A stretch of DNA of 64,000 nucleotides from positions 20,834,001 through 20,898,000 of the forward strand of contig CM119371.1 of assembly GCA_051294905.1 (NCBI GenBank). The letters run 5' to 3'. Source of the DNA: Botryllus schlosseri (Eukaryota). Position 1 is the first letter of the stretch; every line of letters begins with the position of its first letter. The position numbers and the translations under genes were made by a program. Positions 36,109 through 49,648 of the stretch are shown in pieces. The notes beneath the pieces were generated by a model. It ran no database searches. It was not told the origin of the DNA and saw only the letters and a program-made list of their open reading frames with translations.

Positions 36109-36289
36109 CAATGTTCCCTCTAATTTTTTCACGAGTTTGCGCGCCTGCGTGGTCCCTTGGACAAGAGTGCGCAACTACTTTTAAAAAAACATCACTTCGG
36201 ATTTTTTGTGCGCAACTTAGATTTTCTGTGCGCAGAGACCGCTTCAGCACTGCGCATTTGCGCACGTGCGCAGCTTAGAGGGAACATTG
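36109..36289. mobile_element. MITE family C copy
   Basis: CAATGTTCCCTCTAA...GCAGCTTAGAGGGAACATTG. Confidence 0.85.
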
Positions 36290-38175
36290 GTTGTAACTTC
36301 ATTAAATCTGGTTATATCTGATGAAAGAATGGACACCCTGATGTCGGCTATTATGAGTATGACCCAAACGTCGGAGGTGAAATCGGGCATTGGATCCGCT
36401 GTCGCAAAAAGCGTAATGATTTTAGCGATGTAAAATTTTATGATGATGATTGACGATACCTTTTTTATGTAAATTTGTAGATGGTATCTCCATATTAGTC
36501 TACGGTTGCTAGCAGTGCTTTGCCACACTAGTTTTGCGTGTCATGAGATATTGTTGTGATTCCCAAATATTCACGTATATATTTCACATTCCATATTCGA
36601 ATATTTGGCAATCTATACGGCTGACGCATGACGCAAAGAAATTGGGGATAGATTTGGTGCATCAGGGCTGTTTAAATGAATAATCTTATCCAAAATAATC
36701 GGTATATACACGTTGGAACATTTCCAGATATCAAAAATATAATATTATCTGAGAGGTTAGGCAACCGCGAAAAAATGGAAAAAGTATTAAATATCGTACG
36801 GTAATGTTGCGGTGGTCTTAAACGACTGAGACGGGTATGGAATATATGGAAATTTCCCACTCCTTACCATACCGCACTATACCATACCATGTTCTGGATA
36901 TAACCTATTTGAAGTATCATATCTCATATGAACCGAATAACGTGATACCGGTCTGACTTATATGCTATATCTGAAAAAAATTCAACTATTATTTTTATCC
37001 TACCCCAATGTTACCGTTCAAACACAATGTCGTAACGTTTGAGCATGATAGAGGTTTTCGTATTTTTTTTTAGCTTTTGGACTCAAGAAATCAAAATCAT
37101 CCTAACATCAAAGAAATCGCAAAAATTGCAACTGCAATAATAACGAGGGGTGTAACCTTCAATTTAATTGTTTTTTTATTCTGATGATTTTTTTTCAGAT
37201 CAGACGTGTTATAGGTAATGTGTGGTTTTAGTCGCGTTTTGGGGAGGCAAAGTCCGCATTCGGGATTTCGATTGTTGGGTACATCGGTTTTCTATACGCT
37301 AATATACTCTCAAATAATAGCAAAATTGTACTGTCGAATTTTGTAATGTCGACTTAGGTGTCACAATAAACTGAACCAAAACGAATAGTAGGTAGAATTG
37401 TTTTTAAGAGTAAGACACAACAGTGTCAGGTTAACATTGTGACGTAAGTAGCTACGCTACCTTACAATTCTGTGCGCTACGTCAATAGTAGTAAGCACTC
37501 GAGATTACCGAACTATACGTTCTGAGGTATTCACCAAGCCTACCGGCAGAGACCACTTCATTATACCCCTTGTCCTTCAAGATTATTATCGGTTTCTCGT
37601 CATCCAGTCTGCATGTCCCTTATTAAAAAGTTCTCTAAGCAACTGTAGGCGTCTGATAAAATACTACTCAGAGTCGTTTCTACTTCTTTCTATCTTCTGA
37701 TTATAACGCGATAATTGCGTTTCGAATTGAATTAATATTATACTGATGTTACGTTTTAAATTTCTATCATCAGTACCATATATAGTTTTTCAAAGTGTCT
37801 AATTGTTGGACAAGACTTTATGTTTTGGCATTTTGCTCTATTGGTGTATATGCATATATGGACAGAAAAGTTTACATGGACAGGCGCTGGGTGAGCTTAC
37901 CGGCGATTTGGAACCATTTGTGTAGACAAAGGCAAAATGTAGGTTTGAGCTATAGTGTTTCGTTCATTTCTTCAAAGGATTTAATTTTGATCACGGGCCG
38001 TAGGTTGCATGTATGCTATAGCTGCTATCGTGTGTGACGAATTTCACGTTACCGGAAGAGTTGAAAGTTATCTTTCGTATTTCCGAAAATGCGGCTTTAA
38101 TCGCATCTTCCTTATTCAATCTTGTCGTATATCAGTGATCTATCCGCATCCGAAAGTATTCGTATCATTTAAAAT

Positions 38176-38437
38176 CAATGTTCCCTCTAATTTCTCACGA
38201 ACCTGCGCGCTCTCACCAACTCACTGCGCGGCCCCTTGGACGATAGTGCGTACCGACTAAAAAAACGTCATCACTTTGATTGGACTGCCGAATTATCCAC
38301 TTTTCTAGTTAATTTTGTGGTGTTGATTAAAACAAGGCCATCATTTCGGCTTTCTTGTGCGCAGCTGGATCTTTTGTACGCAGAGACCGTGTCAGCACTG
38401 CGCAATTGCGCACGTGCGCAGCTTAGAGGGAACAGTG
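38176..38437. mobile_element. MITE family C copy
   Basis: CAATGTTCCCTCTAA...GCAGCTTAGAGGGAACAGTG. Confidence 0.85.
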
Positions 38438-39235
38438 CTTAAATTATCAAGGACTAAATCTAGCAAGATACAATCGCCGCTAGATGTCTGTATACGGAAA
38501 CATTTGATGTCATATTTACAATGCAAACAAATATATCTACCTACATGTTGTAAATTATATGCGGCAGCGCAAATATCTCAAAGTAAATATTGATTGTAAA
38601 TCGCTCATATATTTTATCGAGATATCCAGTAATACTTCTACGGTAGTCGTGCCTACATTGCGAAATGAGTTCATTTGTTAAACAGCGATATTCATTCCGC
38701 TCTAAGACACGATGCTATCGCTGTTCATTGAGATGCATTAATTCTCCGTTTTAAGGATTTTGGGAAGTTCTGGTTAAAATCCATTCCAAATATCATACAT
38801 GTCGTGAACTTACTAACGTGATAACAGGATGACTTATCCGCTCGATTGATTATTTTGGGTATATTATAATAATCTTAAAAATATAACATTTTATTCGACG
38901 TGGATGTTTCAATAGAAGTACAAAAAAAAAACGTAGTAGATTTATACCAGTGCTTTCTGACCTTTTTTCGTGATACAACTTTTAACATTTACTCAAAACT
39001 CGTACACCCTTTAGACAGGTTCCGCTGTAAGCGTAATTCAGGAGTGTTAAACCGTTTTTACAATTAATTTCGAATACATATATTATGCATACGGCCGCGT
39101 TCCGACGAAGAGTCGTCATGATACATCTGGAGCAGAAATACTCATGTTAAATTGGCTACTAGGAAGAGTTAGGCTAGTGGGAAGAGTTATTGATAATTGG
39201 TTTCCATTCGCGCGGGGCGGAGATAGGGTTTTAAA

Positions 39236-40217
39236 TAGGGATGGGTTGAACCTCTGAAAGGTTCAGGTTCGGGTGAACGCAATTTTAAAAGGCTCTGTGT
39301 GAACGCGAACGTGAACCTCATGACGTTATGTGACGTCATATTGCTAATTCCAACCCTATCTTTCAGTGAAGTGATAGCCTATAATAATTTACACGATACC
39401 TACGGCCACATAATGCCACAATGCCGAAGTACATGTTGGCGTTTTACACGTCGCTAAATGTATCAACTGAGACAATCAAATGGTATGATACTCCTACGAA
39501 ATCAATATCATCCGTCGCTTTGCCAACAATTCCGACGAGGATTTGCCAGGTATATATAAGCTTACGCCTTAACGGTCTTGGCCAGACCGAACAATGTATA
39601 CGGCGTCTCTGAGTATTGCTACATTAATATTGGGCAGAGTGTAAAACAGGTTTCTATACTTGCTACCGATATTACGCTACCCCACAAGTTATACAGCTGT
39701 AGCCAACACCTCGATCGCACGGATTTGGTTTTAATGATACCGTGAACATATGAAGTCAAGATTGACCCCGCACGCCGGCTAGATTTGTTACATAAAAAAA
39801 CGATATCAATCTCATTGATTGGTTAAATAAGAATCATTCGCTGACTACATGTAGTCACTCATAGTGTTGTGTGATTGCGGGTTAAGCTCACAGGAGAGAG
39901 TCACTAAATATTCACAAACGGAAAGGTAGATATTTCGAGCAAACTTTTGTAACAAAGCAAGTAACATCTTTGAGATTGTCATGGTGCACGCTCGTTTTGT
40001 GTTGATTTTTTATACTGCCAGCGTCATCCATAGAGTAGCCTGCAGTTGAAATGCAATAAAATCGAACCAAATATGTCATAATTAGGTGAAAATTGTAATA
40101 GCTTAAAAGTTTTTACAGTGCAGAACCTACCAAGGTTCTGTTGTGAACTCGAACCTCTAAATTTCTGAGTATCACACACAGAACGCGAACGTGAACCTCA
40201 TGTTCATATCATCCCCA
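39236..40217. mobile_element. MITE family A copy 2, inverted relative to 12501-13372
   Basis: TAGGGATGG...TCATCCCCA termini; TSD GTTTTAAA; internal sequence is the reverse complement of copy 1 with indels. Confidence 0.9.
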
Positions 40218-40517
40218 GTTTTAAAGAGAGTTCAAAATATATAATGGTTAACATTGTTTCGAAATATGACGGCGGATACATATTTTTGGTAATTGACTGC
40301 CACTTTGTCGTGCCTTAGTATCAACAAATCGACTGTGTAGCATTGATTAGCTAACAGCGAAATTCACTGCTTTCTATTTAAAAATGGATTATGGAGAATT
40401 CTGCTAAAATTTTTGATTCGGCCGCCAAGATATTTCTTCATTCTTATTTGGTCTGCAGAGGAAAATAATTGCCCATCCCTGTATCAAGTAAATGGTGTTG
40501 AATAAATCACTGTAAAT

Positions 40518-42572
40518 CAGTGGTTCCCAAACTTTTTCGCTGTGAGGGCCAAATTTAGAATTTCAGAGTGCGGTCGGGGCCGCACGAATACTACGGTTAC
40601 GAAACGGACCCAAACAGCCGCCGTGGCTATTTTGGAGTAGTTGTATTGCCCTGACGAGATTTCAAAACTGGTCACTGTTTACCGCTACTTATCTGCTGCA
40701 TTGGGTGTCCGTTGAGTGAATTAGCTTTCATGACCTAAACGCGCGAAGCGCGAGAAATTTCTTTAGTTTCATCACTGAATCGGTCAATATGATCGGGAAT
40801 TGCATGTATTGCTATTAATTTTCGTCCGGTCTCTGTTCACGTAAACTGATTTACCGGTAGAGCTGAGTAAGGTGTGTTTGAAAAGGTATAGGCCCCCTCA
40901 ATAGTAATTAAACATCTCCGGGGTATACCCGTTGGCAGGAATGTAACAGCACTTCGTCAGGACCCCAGGCTCCCATAGGGTGATAAACTGACCCCACATC
41001 ACGTTGTTCGCTTTTGCCACGAAATTAAAGTTGTACTGTTTAGTGAGACAGCGCGAAGCGCGAATATTTCGATAATTCATGATAAAATCAGTGAATAAGA
41101 TCGGGAATTGCATGGTTGTCCTCTTTGCCCACGTAATCAGATTTACCGGTAGAGCTGAGTGAGAAGTGTCTTTGAAACTGCAGACTCCGTAAAATTAAAC
41201 ATCTTCGGGTGGGCGGACTCCTAGATATGATTTCTTTACATGTTGTTATTTCGTGACCTCCTGTCTGCTATATCAAAAAATGTAGAATTGCCCAAATCTA
41301 CTAAACTGAAAGATCAAACGATTTCAGATTGGTATTTCTTCCCTGACATACAATTTTCTTTCCTGCGGGATGGTATTTGTCTTGTGAGGTTCAGATTGCC
41401 AAGACAAGAACATTCGGCGCCAGTCATTTAGGCGCCTATATCGACAATTAAACCTATATATATTTTGTATATATACCGAATTTTTTGGTATTTCGAAGTT
41501 TTTGGTCAGCATAAAAGCAGTCCTTTACGGCCGAGGCTTTCTCGCTGCCGATCGTTCTGACACACTTCTTGGAGTCACATGTTACATGGCCTAAAACTTT
41601 ATATGTCTTGGTGCGGTCATGGCAAACGCTGATATGCCCATTTCTATAATCCTTGCGTATTTTTTCTGGGGGAAGAGTACCCAATAATCAAGATATGTGG
41701 CGAATTGAAATCGCGCCTCGCGCGAAAAATTTTTGAAAAAGTTGAATAGATTTTCAAAAAAATACTCTATAATTTATGCTAACTCACGAAATAATTTTGT
41801 GCCCCCTTCGAGCTCGCCCCCCTCAATTGGGGGTTTGGGGTGCGACAGCTACGGCCCTGACTATAGGACTACTAATTATGCTGCTTTTAGCCGGCTAAGC
41901 AGTATGCATTTCGGCGTATTCAACCGCGAGTCACGTGTTGCACATCTAGTTATCTTCGGGTTACCATACGTCCTCTTTTAAGATGATTTGTCCTATTTTT
42001 CGATTTTTTTAAAAGTGTCCTCGTAGGACGCCCAAATGTCTTCTTTTTTGAGGATTTTGGTCACATATAGGGGCAAATTCGACTGATATACATTAAATCA
42101 GCACTGTGGGAACGCTACGGCGACTATTTCGGGAGCTGGACCGGAAAGTTGACCCTTTTTTTCAGTCAACCACCTGTTAATGTGAAAGAAAAACCGTATT
42201 TTCCGGCAGTTGAGCTTCTTTTTCTCTTATAGTCAAGCGACCACGAAGTGGGAAAAATTTACCATTTTTTCAGGATTTTTCTCCGGTCTTGAAAGTTATC
42301 AATACCTATTTATATCTATAGCTACTGCCCGTTCAACTGGAAAGTTAGGGCACATTGCATTGAAACAGCAATTACATAACGTTAGCAATCTATACTCACA
42401 ACTATCCTGTAATTCTATAATTAAAAACTACAGAGGCCAAGCCAAGCAAGAGAATTTTATAAATTTAAATTTTATTTTTTGTCATAAATCGATTTCTTAA
42501 TATATTTTGGGGGCCGCACGAAGGCTATCTGAGGGCCGCATGCGGCCCTCGGGGCTCAATTGGGAATCACTG
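40518..42572. mobile_element. Composite hAT-type element, family D copy 2 (inverted)
   Basis: TIR CAGTGGTTCCCAA/TTGGGAATCACTG; perfect TSD CTGTAAAT. Confidence 0.93.
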
Positions 42573-42760
42573 CTGTAAATTGTTTATGTTCAGATTACTC
42601 GTGATTCGCCAGTGTCATTTGTGAGAGTACCCAGTAATTTACTGATTGTACGTTTTATTGACCCTCCATTGTTAAATCAGCAATAAATTTACCACAAACG
42701 GAATGATCACAACTTGCGTTGTCGTCGCAGCAGTTGATCAATCTAATAGCAACCAATGAT

Positions 42761-44149
42761 TAGGGCTGGGCACAATGATTCGAGTACTCGAATCTGAATC
42801 GAGTATTTATTTCAATGATTTGAGTCGAGTAGTAAAATATGAGTTTTTCGAGTACTGAATTATGCTTTCGATGCTACTAAGAGTCAATTTATCGATGATA
42901 ATTATAGTTTCGACACCATGTTCCATTGTGGCAGCCTTGAAACCATGATTGGTCGATCGTATCATATAATAGAAAAGATTTATTACAGAGCTACAAATTT
43001 ACTTTGTGGTGCACAACATGTATTATATTCCTCGAGGTAGCATAAAAGGTACATACTTAAAATTTCGATATCTTTCATACTGTTATGACATCATAATGAT
43101 AGATAGGGGAGATGTGGTACCGATGGATCAAAAATCGGAAAATGATCGCTGACCCTGAAATGTTCAGCCGAAAACAGCAGATCTTTTGCTGGCTCAGCAC
43201 TTTGATACAAGCTCTACCTATCGCGCACATATACATGAATATCCGTCTTCTCAAAAAATATTAATGGACGTTCAAAATTTGTTGCTCGAACGTGTCATCG
43301 GTCCCCACCCGGTGGGTCCAATGACACACGACCCGGGGACCTATGACACATATACCCTAAAAAACTCAAATGTGACTACTTTTCTTTCTCAGTATTATAA
43401 TCTAAGCTACAGCAAGCCAAAGAAGAATGTTTGGTCGCAACTGCCAAAAAATAGAATAAATATTAACTCAAATGTTGTCATAAAATCACGTTTCGATTTA
43501 GGCTCGGACTTATAAATTTGAGGGTACATACATATTGCATGAAAATCGACAGTGTGACTTCCAAATACCTCGTTATAGCGATAAAACATCATATGCAATT
43601 ATTACATAAAGATTTTCTATACGTAGGCATGTTTCATTTGTTTCGTGATTAGTATGCTTGATTATTTTGCTTGATTTGGCTATTGTATCATCGGTCCCCA
43701 CCCTACGAATTTTATACATAAATCGAGAAAAAGTCCACTCAAGGAAAGTACTGAAAGAAATAATAGGTGCCATTATATAGCCTGATACAAGCCCTACACT
43801 TCACAATAAAAATGATTGCTGGTTTGTTCGTGTTGAAGGTTACAAAGAAAAATGTATATGTCGATCTAAATTTAGTTTACACCCCCTAAAACAAAAATCA
43901 TCTGTGAGAGACCCCATTGCTCGCGCACGTCGAATTTTTTTGTATGTGAGGAAAGATTTTGCCAGCATGCAATTGTAGACAAGTTCACGGAGTGCAATCA
44001 TGGAATTATCATAGAGAATTTTCAAAGTATTTTCGGTCCCAGTGATCCATCGGTACCACATCTCCCCTACTCGAATACTCGACTCGACTCGAAGCATAAT
44101 ACGTGATTCAGAATCGAATCACTCAGGTACTCGATTTTGCCCAGCCCTA
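42761..44149. mobile_element. hAT-type MITE with TCGA-rich subtermini
   Basis: TIR TAGGGCTGGGCA/TGCCCAGCCCTA; perfect TSD CCAATGAT. Confidence 0.92.
43106..44067. mobile_element. Nested TA-flanked (Tc1/mariner-like) non-autonomous element
   Basis: Perfect 25-bp TIR GGGGAGATGTGGTACCGATGGATCA, flanked by TA on both sides. Confidence 0.9.
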
Positions 44150-44966
44150 CCAATGATATGTCTCATTGATAGCAGCGTATCTCAATTGCTTACATTGCGC
44201 ACCGCTCGTCTTCACCAACAGTCCGGTATCATATAAAATATAAATGGAACGAATATAGTTTATTCGTTTATATTCTAATGGATGTTTAGATGGGTAGGGA
44301 ATCGTCACATATCAATTTTTTGTAACTTCTCGAGGCTTCGTATTCGTCCTTAATTTTGGCTGATAATATCAGACTTCAGTATATGCAGTTATTTGCTTAT
44401 TTTATTGGCAGTTCTACATATGCGCTTTTTTGGATGTATTTACCTTTATATTCGTGTATTGATTCATTTCAGATTAGTGGCCAATTTATTTGTCCTTCAC
44501 ACTGCTAGCACAATGTAATGATTTTGAATCATCACTCATACTTTGAAAATGCAATTTGAATGGAATTGAGACTTGACTTGACTTGACTCGAGTCACCTCC
44601 TAAAAACTAGAGCCTTGACTTGACTTTAGTCAAAATTTGTAATGACTCGAGATGACTCATGACTCGTGAACTGATCCTAACACTGTTATTGATCTTGCAA
44701 TCCGGTGGCGGGCACCACTCCATGGCGTTATCCGAAATGAGGTCTGAGGTAAAGAAAGGTTAAGTACCACTGTTTTAAAGCAATACCAAGCGATCCAATT
44801 CCAAGATATGGAGACGTTGCACCTCTTGGTATGTAGCAACACGAATCCATCTCTCTGCACCGTCTGACAGGCTTAATTACAAGGTTTTGACAGCCCATTA
44901 TACCGTATTTATAACTGCTTTTTAACTTTCTTTCTTACTTACTTACTTACTTACTTGCGTACTTAG

Positions 44967-47040
44967 CAGGGCTGTGGAGTCGGAGTCGGAGTCGGTAGAG
45001 TCGGAGTCGGAGTCTGTGTAATTTTCGCTTGATGGAGTCGGAGTCGGAGTCGTGAAAACTATAATAGCTGGAGTTGGAGTCGGAGTCGGTGGGAAAATAC
45101 TGACTGGAGTCGGAGTCGGAGTTTGTGAGAATGAGCCTGACTTCGACTCCGACTCCAACTTCTCTATCATGAAAACATTTGCTTTCAACTAATTTTCAAT
45201 AGAATTTTCATGTACCACCAATCACTGTTATTAATAACCATACAGATCAGGTGCGGCAAGCCCATGGCACGCACGCCAAATTTGGCACACGAGAAGGTTA
45301 GGTGTGGCCTGTGAGGTAATTCTCGAAATTATTTATGACATCAGGTACAATTGCAAGGCCAACCAAAATTTGATTAACATGACCGCGAAATTTGATGATG
45401 ACTAAAAGAACAAGAGTTCTGACGCATTGACGTATCCAGGGGCCAGCCACATTTATCTCAGATCTTCGTATATGACCATAAAGTAGAATGTTTCATAGCT
45501 GATTTATTTGACTTGGAATTTTTCTCTGTACTTCGGGTGATTCATTGTCATTAGATTTCTTGCATTCAGTAGGCCTATTTGAGCCCCCTCCTGAAAAATA
45601 TAAATACATATTATTCACAGAATTGAGTCTAACTATATTCGCAATAAGGAGATACGGCTTCGCTTGTGCACTCGCAGCGAGATCGTCGACAAAACATTTG
45701 CAGAAAATGATGGAGGCATGTTCACTGACACCGTCGATTTTGCTATGTCTAAACATCGAATAATCCTGTCCTTGCCAAATGAGCCCAGTGGTATACAAAT
45801 GCGACTCCCAATGTGTGTTAGCAACATATTTATTGATATAATTCAGTCAATATATTGCAAAAAAATTTCGCGCTTCGCGCGACCAGGGCCTGATTGCGCA
45901 CTGCACAGTTGCATGACATATTATCAATTTTAGAGCGTATTAATAGAAGTATTGTTTGCAATGTTACCTAATTCGGTTTGCTCCTATCGGACAGCTAAAA
46001 CAAGGTTATCAACATTCCAGTTACCAGCGCAATGGTTCGTAAATCTCATGTGTCCCTTTGGCCGACAAAGTTGCCCACCCCTGATATAGATAAAATTAGA
46101 CATTTTTACTACATTAATTACAACTCAGTTGCACAGGGGAAGAAAATCGCAAAATGCGTTTTCGCGATGCAGTCAAAATTGATGCAATTCTTGGAATTAT
46201 ACCATGATACTGTGACAGAGCAAATGCATCGGCTGGTTATGTAAAATTGTAAAAATGATGTGAATATTACCAAATGATGCTTCCCGCTTGACAAAATGAA
46301 AAATATTTGTAGTGTAGCTTAGCTGTTATGGTCGAACAAATGATTAAGAAAGACTGCAAGTCCCAATCCTTGAATACTTGATTAAGTACATGTAGACTAG
46401 ACATAGGCTATGGTCTTTGACTACTTAACTAAATTCCATTTATGACCAATGTCTATTAGTAGTTAGAGTGTGTGTGCTTGTAATCAGGATAGTGTGCAAT
46501 GACAAAATTAGTAAGTTCAATCTCTTTTATTAGTTGCTACCTCATACACAAGAGCTACACTTCGATTTTTTATCTACATTTTATCATACATGATTGGATA
46601 TCTGCCATATTTGAATGATTCATACATTTCAGGATATTAGAGAGTCCACGTTATAAAAACTTGAAAAGGGAAGGATATTTAGCAAATCTTTCTTTCATGC
46701 TAATTGCATAGTGGATAATTCGAGCTGTTCCACAATGAAACAATTTAGCATGCCACCGTTATTCATATGTTTGAATATGTTTAATGGTTGTATGATAGTC
46801 ATTCAACCGACAATGTGGCATATCATTTTCGAAGTAAATTGGTAATATTGCTGGAGTCGGAGTCGGAGTCCGGAGTCGGAGTCGGTACGTTTAAAGACCC
46901 AGGAGTCGGAGTCGGAGTCGAAGTCGGTACGTTCGAAGACTCAAGAATTGGAGTCGGAGTCGGAGTCGGTATATTGAAAATGTGTGGAGTCGGAGTCGGA
47001 GCCGAAGTCGGTGGTAAAATTTACCGACTCCACAGCCCTG
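44967..47040. mobile_element. hAT-type element with (GGAGTC)n subterminal arrays and a nested remnant (~45248-46084)
   Basis: TIR CAGGGCTGTGGAGTCGG/CCGACTCCACAGCCCTG; GGAGTC hexamer arrays at both ends; TSD not conserved. Confidence 0.85.
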
Positions 47041-47144
47041 TAACATACCCATTTTCATCTGCATTACCGAACAGAGGCATGACACCACATCTACGGGCTC
47101 ATTGCTATCACCTCATAGCCTTTGAAACTGAACAACACCTTAAC

Positions 47145-47797
47145 TAGGGTTACCTTTAAAACAAAAAATCATTCTAAAAACAAACATGTTTTAAACAAGG
47201 CGCTTTGTATTGTTTTTTATTCAAGACCATGACGTCACGAATATTTATTTGAGACGTCATAGTGGATTGATGTATGTATGAATGTATGTATATGGGGGTT
47301 ATGGTGCTTAGCAACTATTGCCTTTTGCACCAAACCTAAATATCGTTAGTCTATATTATCTATTAAACTACTAGATTAAAGCTGCCTCTCGGTTAAAAAA
47401 ACATATTCAATGACTGGTACAATGGTGTAGGGGTTGCCGAGTAGAGCTACGATATCGATGGGTACGTGGCTCCGTTCTGCTATGTCCAATAAATAATTTC
47501 GCGGCACGTTATAGCGAGTGCATTGAAGCAAAAAATGCAAATATACGGTAAATATAGCTCCTTTGACGAAATATCTGCAATATTGCTGTTGAATAGACTT
47601 GAGGGTTTCAACCATCCCATATCGATAAACGTCGGCTATACAAGGTGGTAATTGTTAGTAGGCTCATACAACATGTTTTTGGAAAGCATTTACACAATTA
47701 TGGCATCATTTTGCAAATTAAAAAAATATATGTATATTTGTTTGAAATACTGTTTAAAAGATGTTTTAAATCACCGTTTGTTTTAAATGCAACCCTA
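47145..47797. mobile_element. hAT-type MITE
   Basis: TAGGGTTACCTTTAAAAC/GTTTTAAATGCAACCCTA; TSD ACCTTAAC/ACCTCAAC. Confidence 0.82.
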
Positions 47798-48598
47798 ACC
47801 TCAACTATGGTCATAAAAGCCTTCTGTCTATGACAACCTGATTTGTAACCAAAATTGATTACGTTGATTCAATAATGGCTCAATGTCTGGCACACAGCAT
47901 TCAGTTGTTCATCGGGCTCCAATTATGATTAATTTCCCGAGTTCATAGAGTACGCGGGCGTCATGACTGTTCGCATTCAAGTCAAAATTCCTTCAGATAG
48001 CAAGCTGCAAATAATCAATTCTTCAGGGAGTTAAAATAGACTAAAACTACAATTTCTATTCAAATATCAAATAAGACTCACATGGCAGTTAGTCCTGTAT
48101 AAGAGATGAAATCACGAAAATCAAGCTACTGGTAGCATGAAGCCCTATCATGTGATGAATAGAGATAACCTTCAACAGCGAACACTCAATAGCTATTTCC
48201 AAGCGTTTCGGATAAAGAACATTCGGTGTTCAAAACATTCAGTTAGCGCGATCGTAACGGAAATCCATCTTCCGTCGCACATGTAGCTTTTCTCCAACAC
48301 GAGTTCGATGCTGAGACCAACGTCAAATGCATTTTCTACGATCCCGCAGCAGACCAATTTATTTAAACCAGGATCTATTATTTCTTGATATCAATATATC
48401 TACGTCCATTAGTCAGACCGTTTCCTCGGATATAAGTTCAATTTTCTGATAGTTATAATGGTTTCAGCTCCTGAAGATCGTGTCTTGGAATTGTTCCGAG
48501 GATTCAGTTGATCCTGATTTTCCTTCTGTTTCATGAATTCCCAAATGCAGTACTGGAAAGGGTTTTTCAGCAACGATTTATCAATATATAGTGCAACA

Positions 48599-49648
48599 TC
48601 ACTCCATATCATCCACGTGAATCTTGATGTGTTTTTTCATATTTGATTTTACATTGAATGCTTTTCCACATATTTTGCAATGGTAATTCACTGCCGCATG
48701 AACGGAATAGTGTTGTTTCAGGTGAGACTTTCTCATGAAGTGTTTCCTGCATATATCGCATTCATACTTGCTCTCTTTTAAGTGGAACATCTTCGCGTGT
48801 ACCTTAACGTACGACTTCGAGCGAAATGTTTTACCGCAAATGTCGCACTGATGCTGGTTTTCTCCCGTGTGAATCAGGCAGTGATATGTTAGATGAGATT
48901 TTTGACCGAAACTTTTTCCGCATATATCACACTCGTATGCTTTTACTCCAAAATGAATTAAATAATGTGTTTTCAAATGACTTTTAGTAGTGAAGTCTTT
49001 TCCGCATATATGACACATATATTGTTTCGCTCTGGTGTGAATCATATAATGCCTTTTCAATTCACTTTCCCGTCCAAACCCCTTTCCGCATATACTGCAG
49101 TCAAAATATTTCATTCCGGTATGAAACAGATAATGGGTCTTCAAATGGGTGTTTGTAACGAAAGCCTTACCGCATACATCGCATTTATAGTCTTTGATTC
49201 CCATGTGTGTAGCATAATGATTTGTAAGTTGAAACTTTCGCAAAAAGGTTTTCGCACATACATTGCACTCAAACTCTTTCAGTACGGCGTGGATTTTCAT
49301 GTGCGTTCTCATGTCAAATTTCTTGATGAAAGGTCTCCCGCATATGTCGCACTCGAACTCTTTAATTCCGGTATGAATTTTCAAATGGACTTTCATGGCA
49401 TGCTTTCGGGTGAATGCCATTCCGCAGACTTCACAAATATGTTCACTGCCCTCGTCAAGATGTCCCGAATTTACACTGTCCTTCCTCACTATGCAAGGAG
49501 ACTTCGATTCTATGACTTTCATCTGATTCAATAGGCCAGCCATTCTTTGAATATCGTTGCGTTTACCTTTGCCCTTAATATAGTTCAGTACTGCAATCTC
49601 AAAAGATGACCGGAAGATTTCATCTTTATATATCACAGAGGATCGCAA
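48599..49648 (-). CDS. Tandem C2H2 zinc-finger protein with 10 fingers; true start uncertain
   Basis: Ten consecutive CxxC-x12-H-x3/4-H fingers in one open frame. The track start codon is TTG; the first ATG is at 49543, or there is an upstream exon. Confidence 0.9.
   Translation of the reverse strand: MRSSVIYKDEIFRSSFEIAVLNYIKGKGKRNDIQRMAGLLNQMKVIESKSPCIVRKDSVNSGHLDEGSEHICEVCGMAFTRKHAMKVHLKIHTGIKEFECDICGRPFIKKFDMRTHMKIHAVLKEFECNVCAKTFLRKFQLTNHYATHMGIKDYKCDVCGKAFVTNTHLKTHYLFHTGMKYFDCSICGKGFGRESELKRHYMIHTRAKQYMCHICGKDFTTKSHLKTHYLIHFGVKAYECDICGKSFGQKSHLTYHCLIHTGENQHQCDICGKTFRSKSYVKVHAKMFHLKESKYECDICRKHFMRKSHLKQHYSVHAAVNYHCKICGKAFNVKSNMKKHIKIHVDDME

Noticed and set aside
44943..47147. Pro-Thr, Gly-Val and Arg-Leu repeat ORFs
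   Set aside because: Products of the (GGAGTC)n subterminal arrays.
48965..49534. 189-aa plus-strand ORF
   Set aside because: Antisense shadow of the zinc-finger array.
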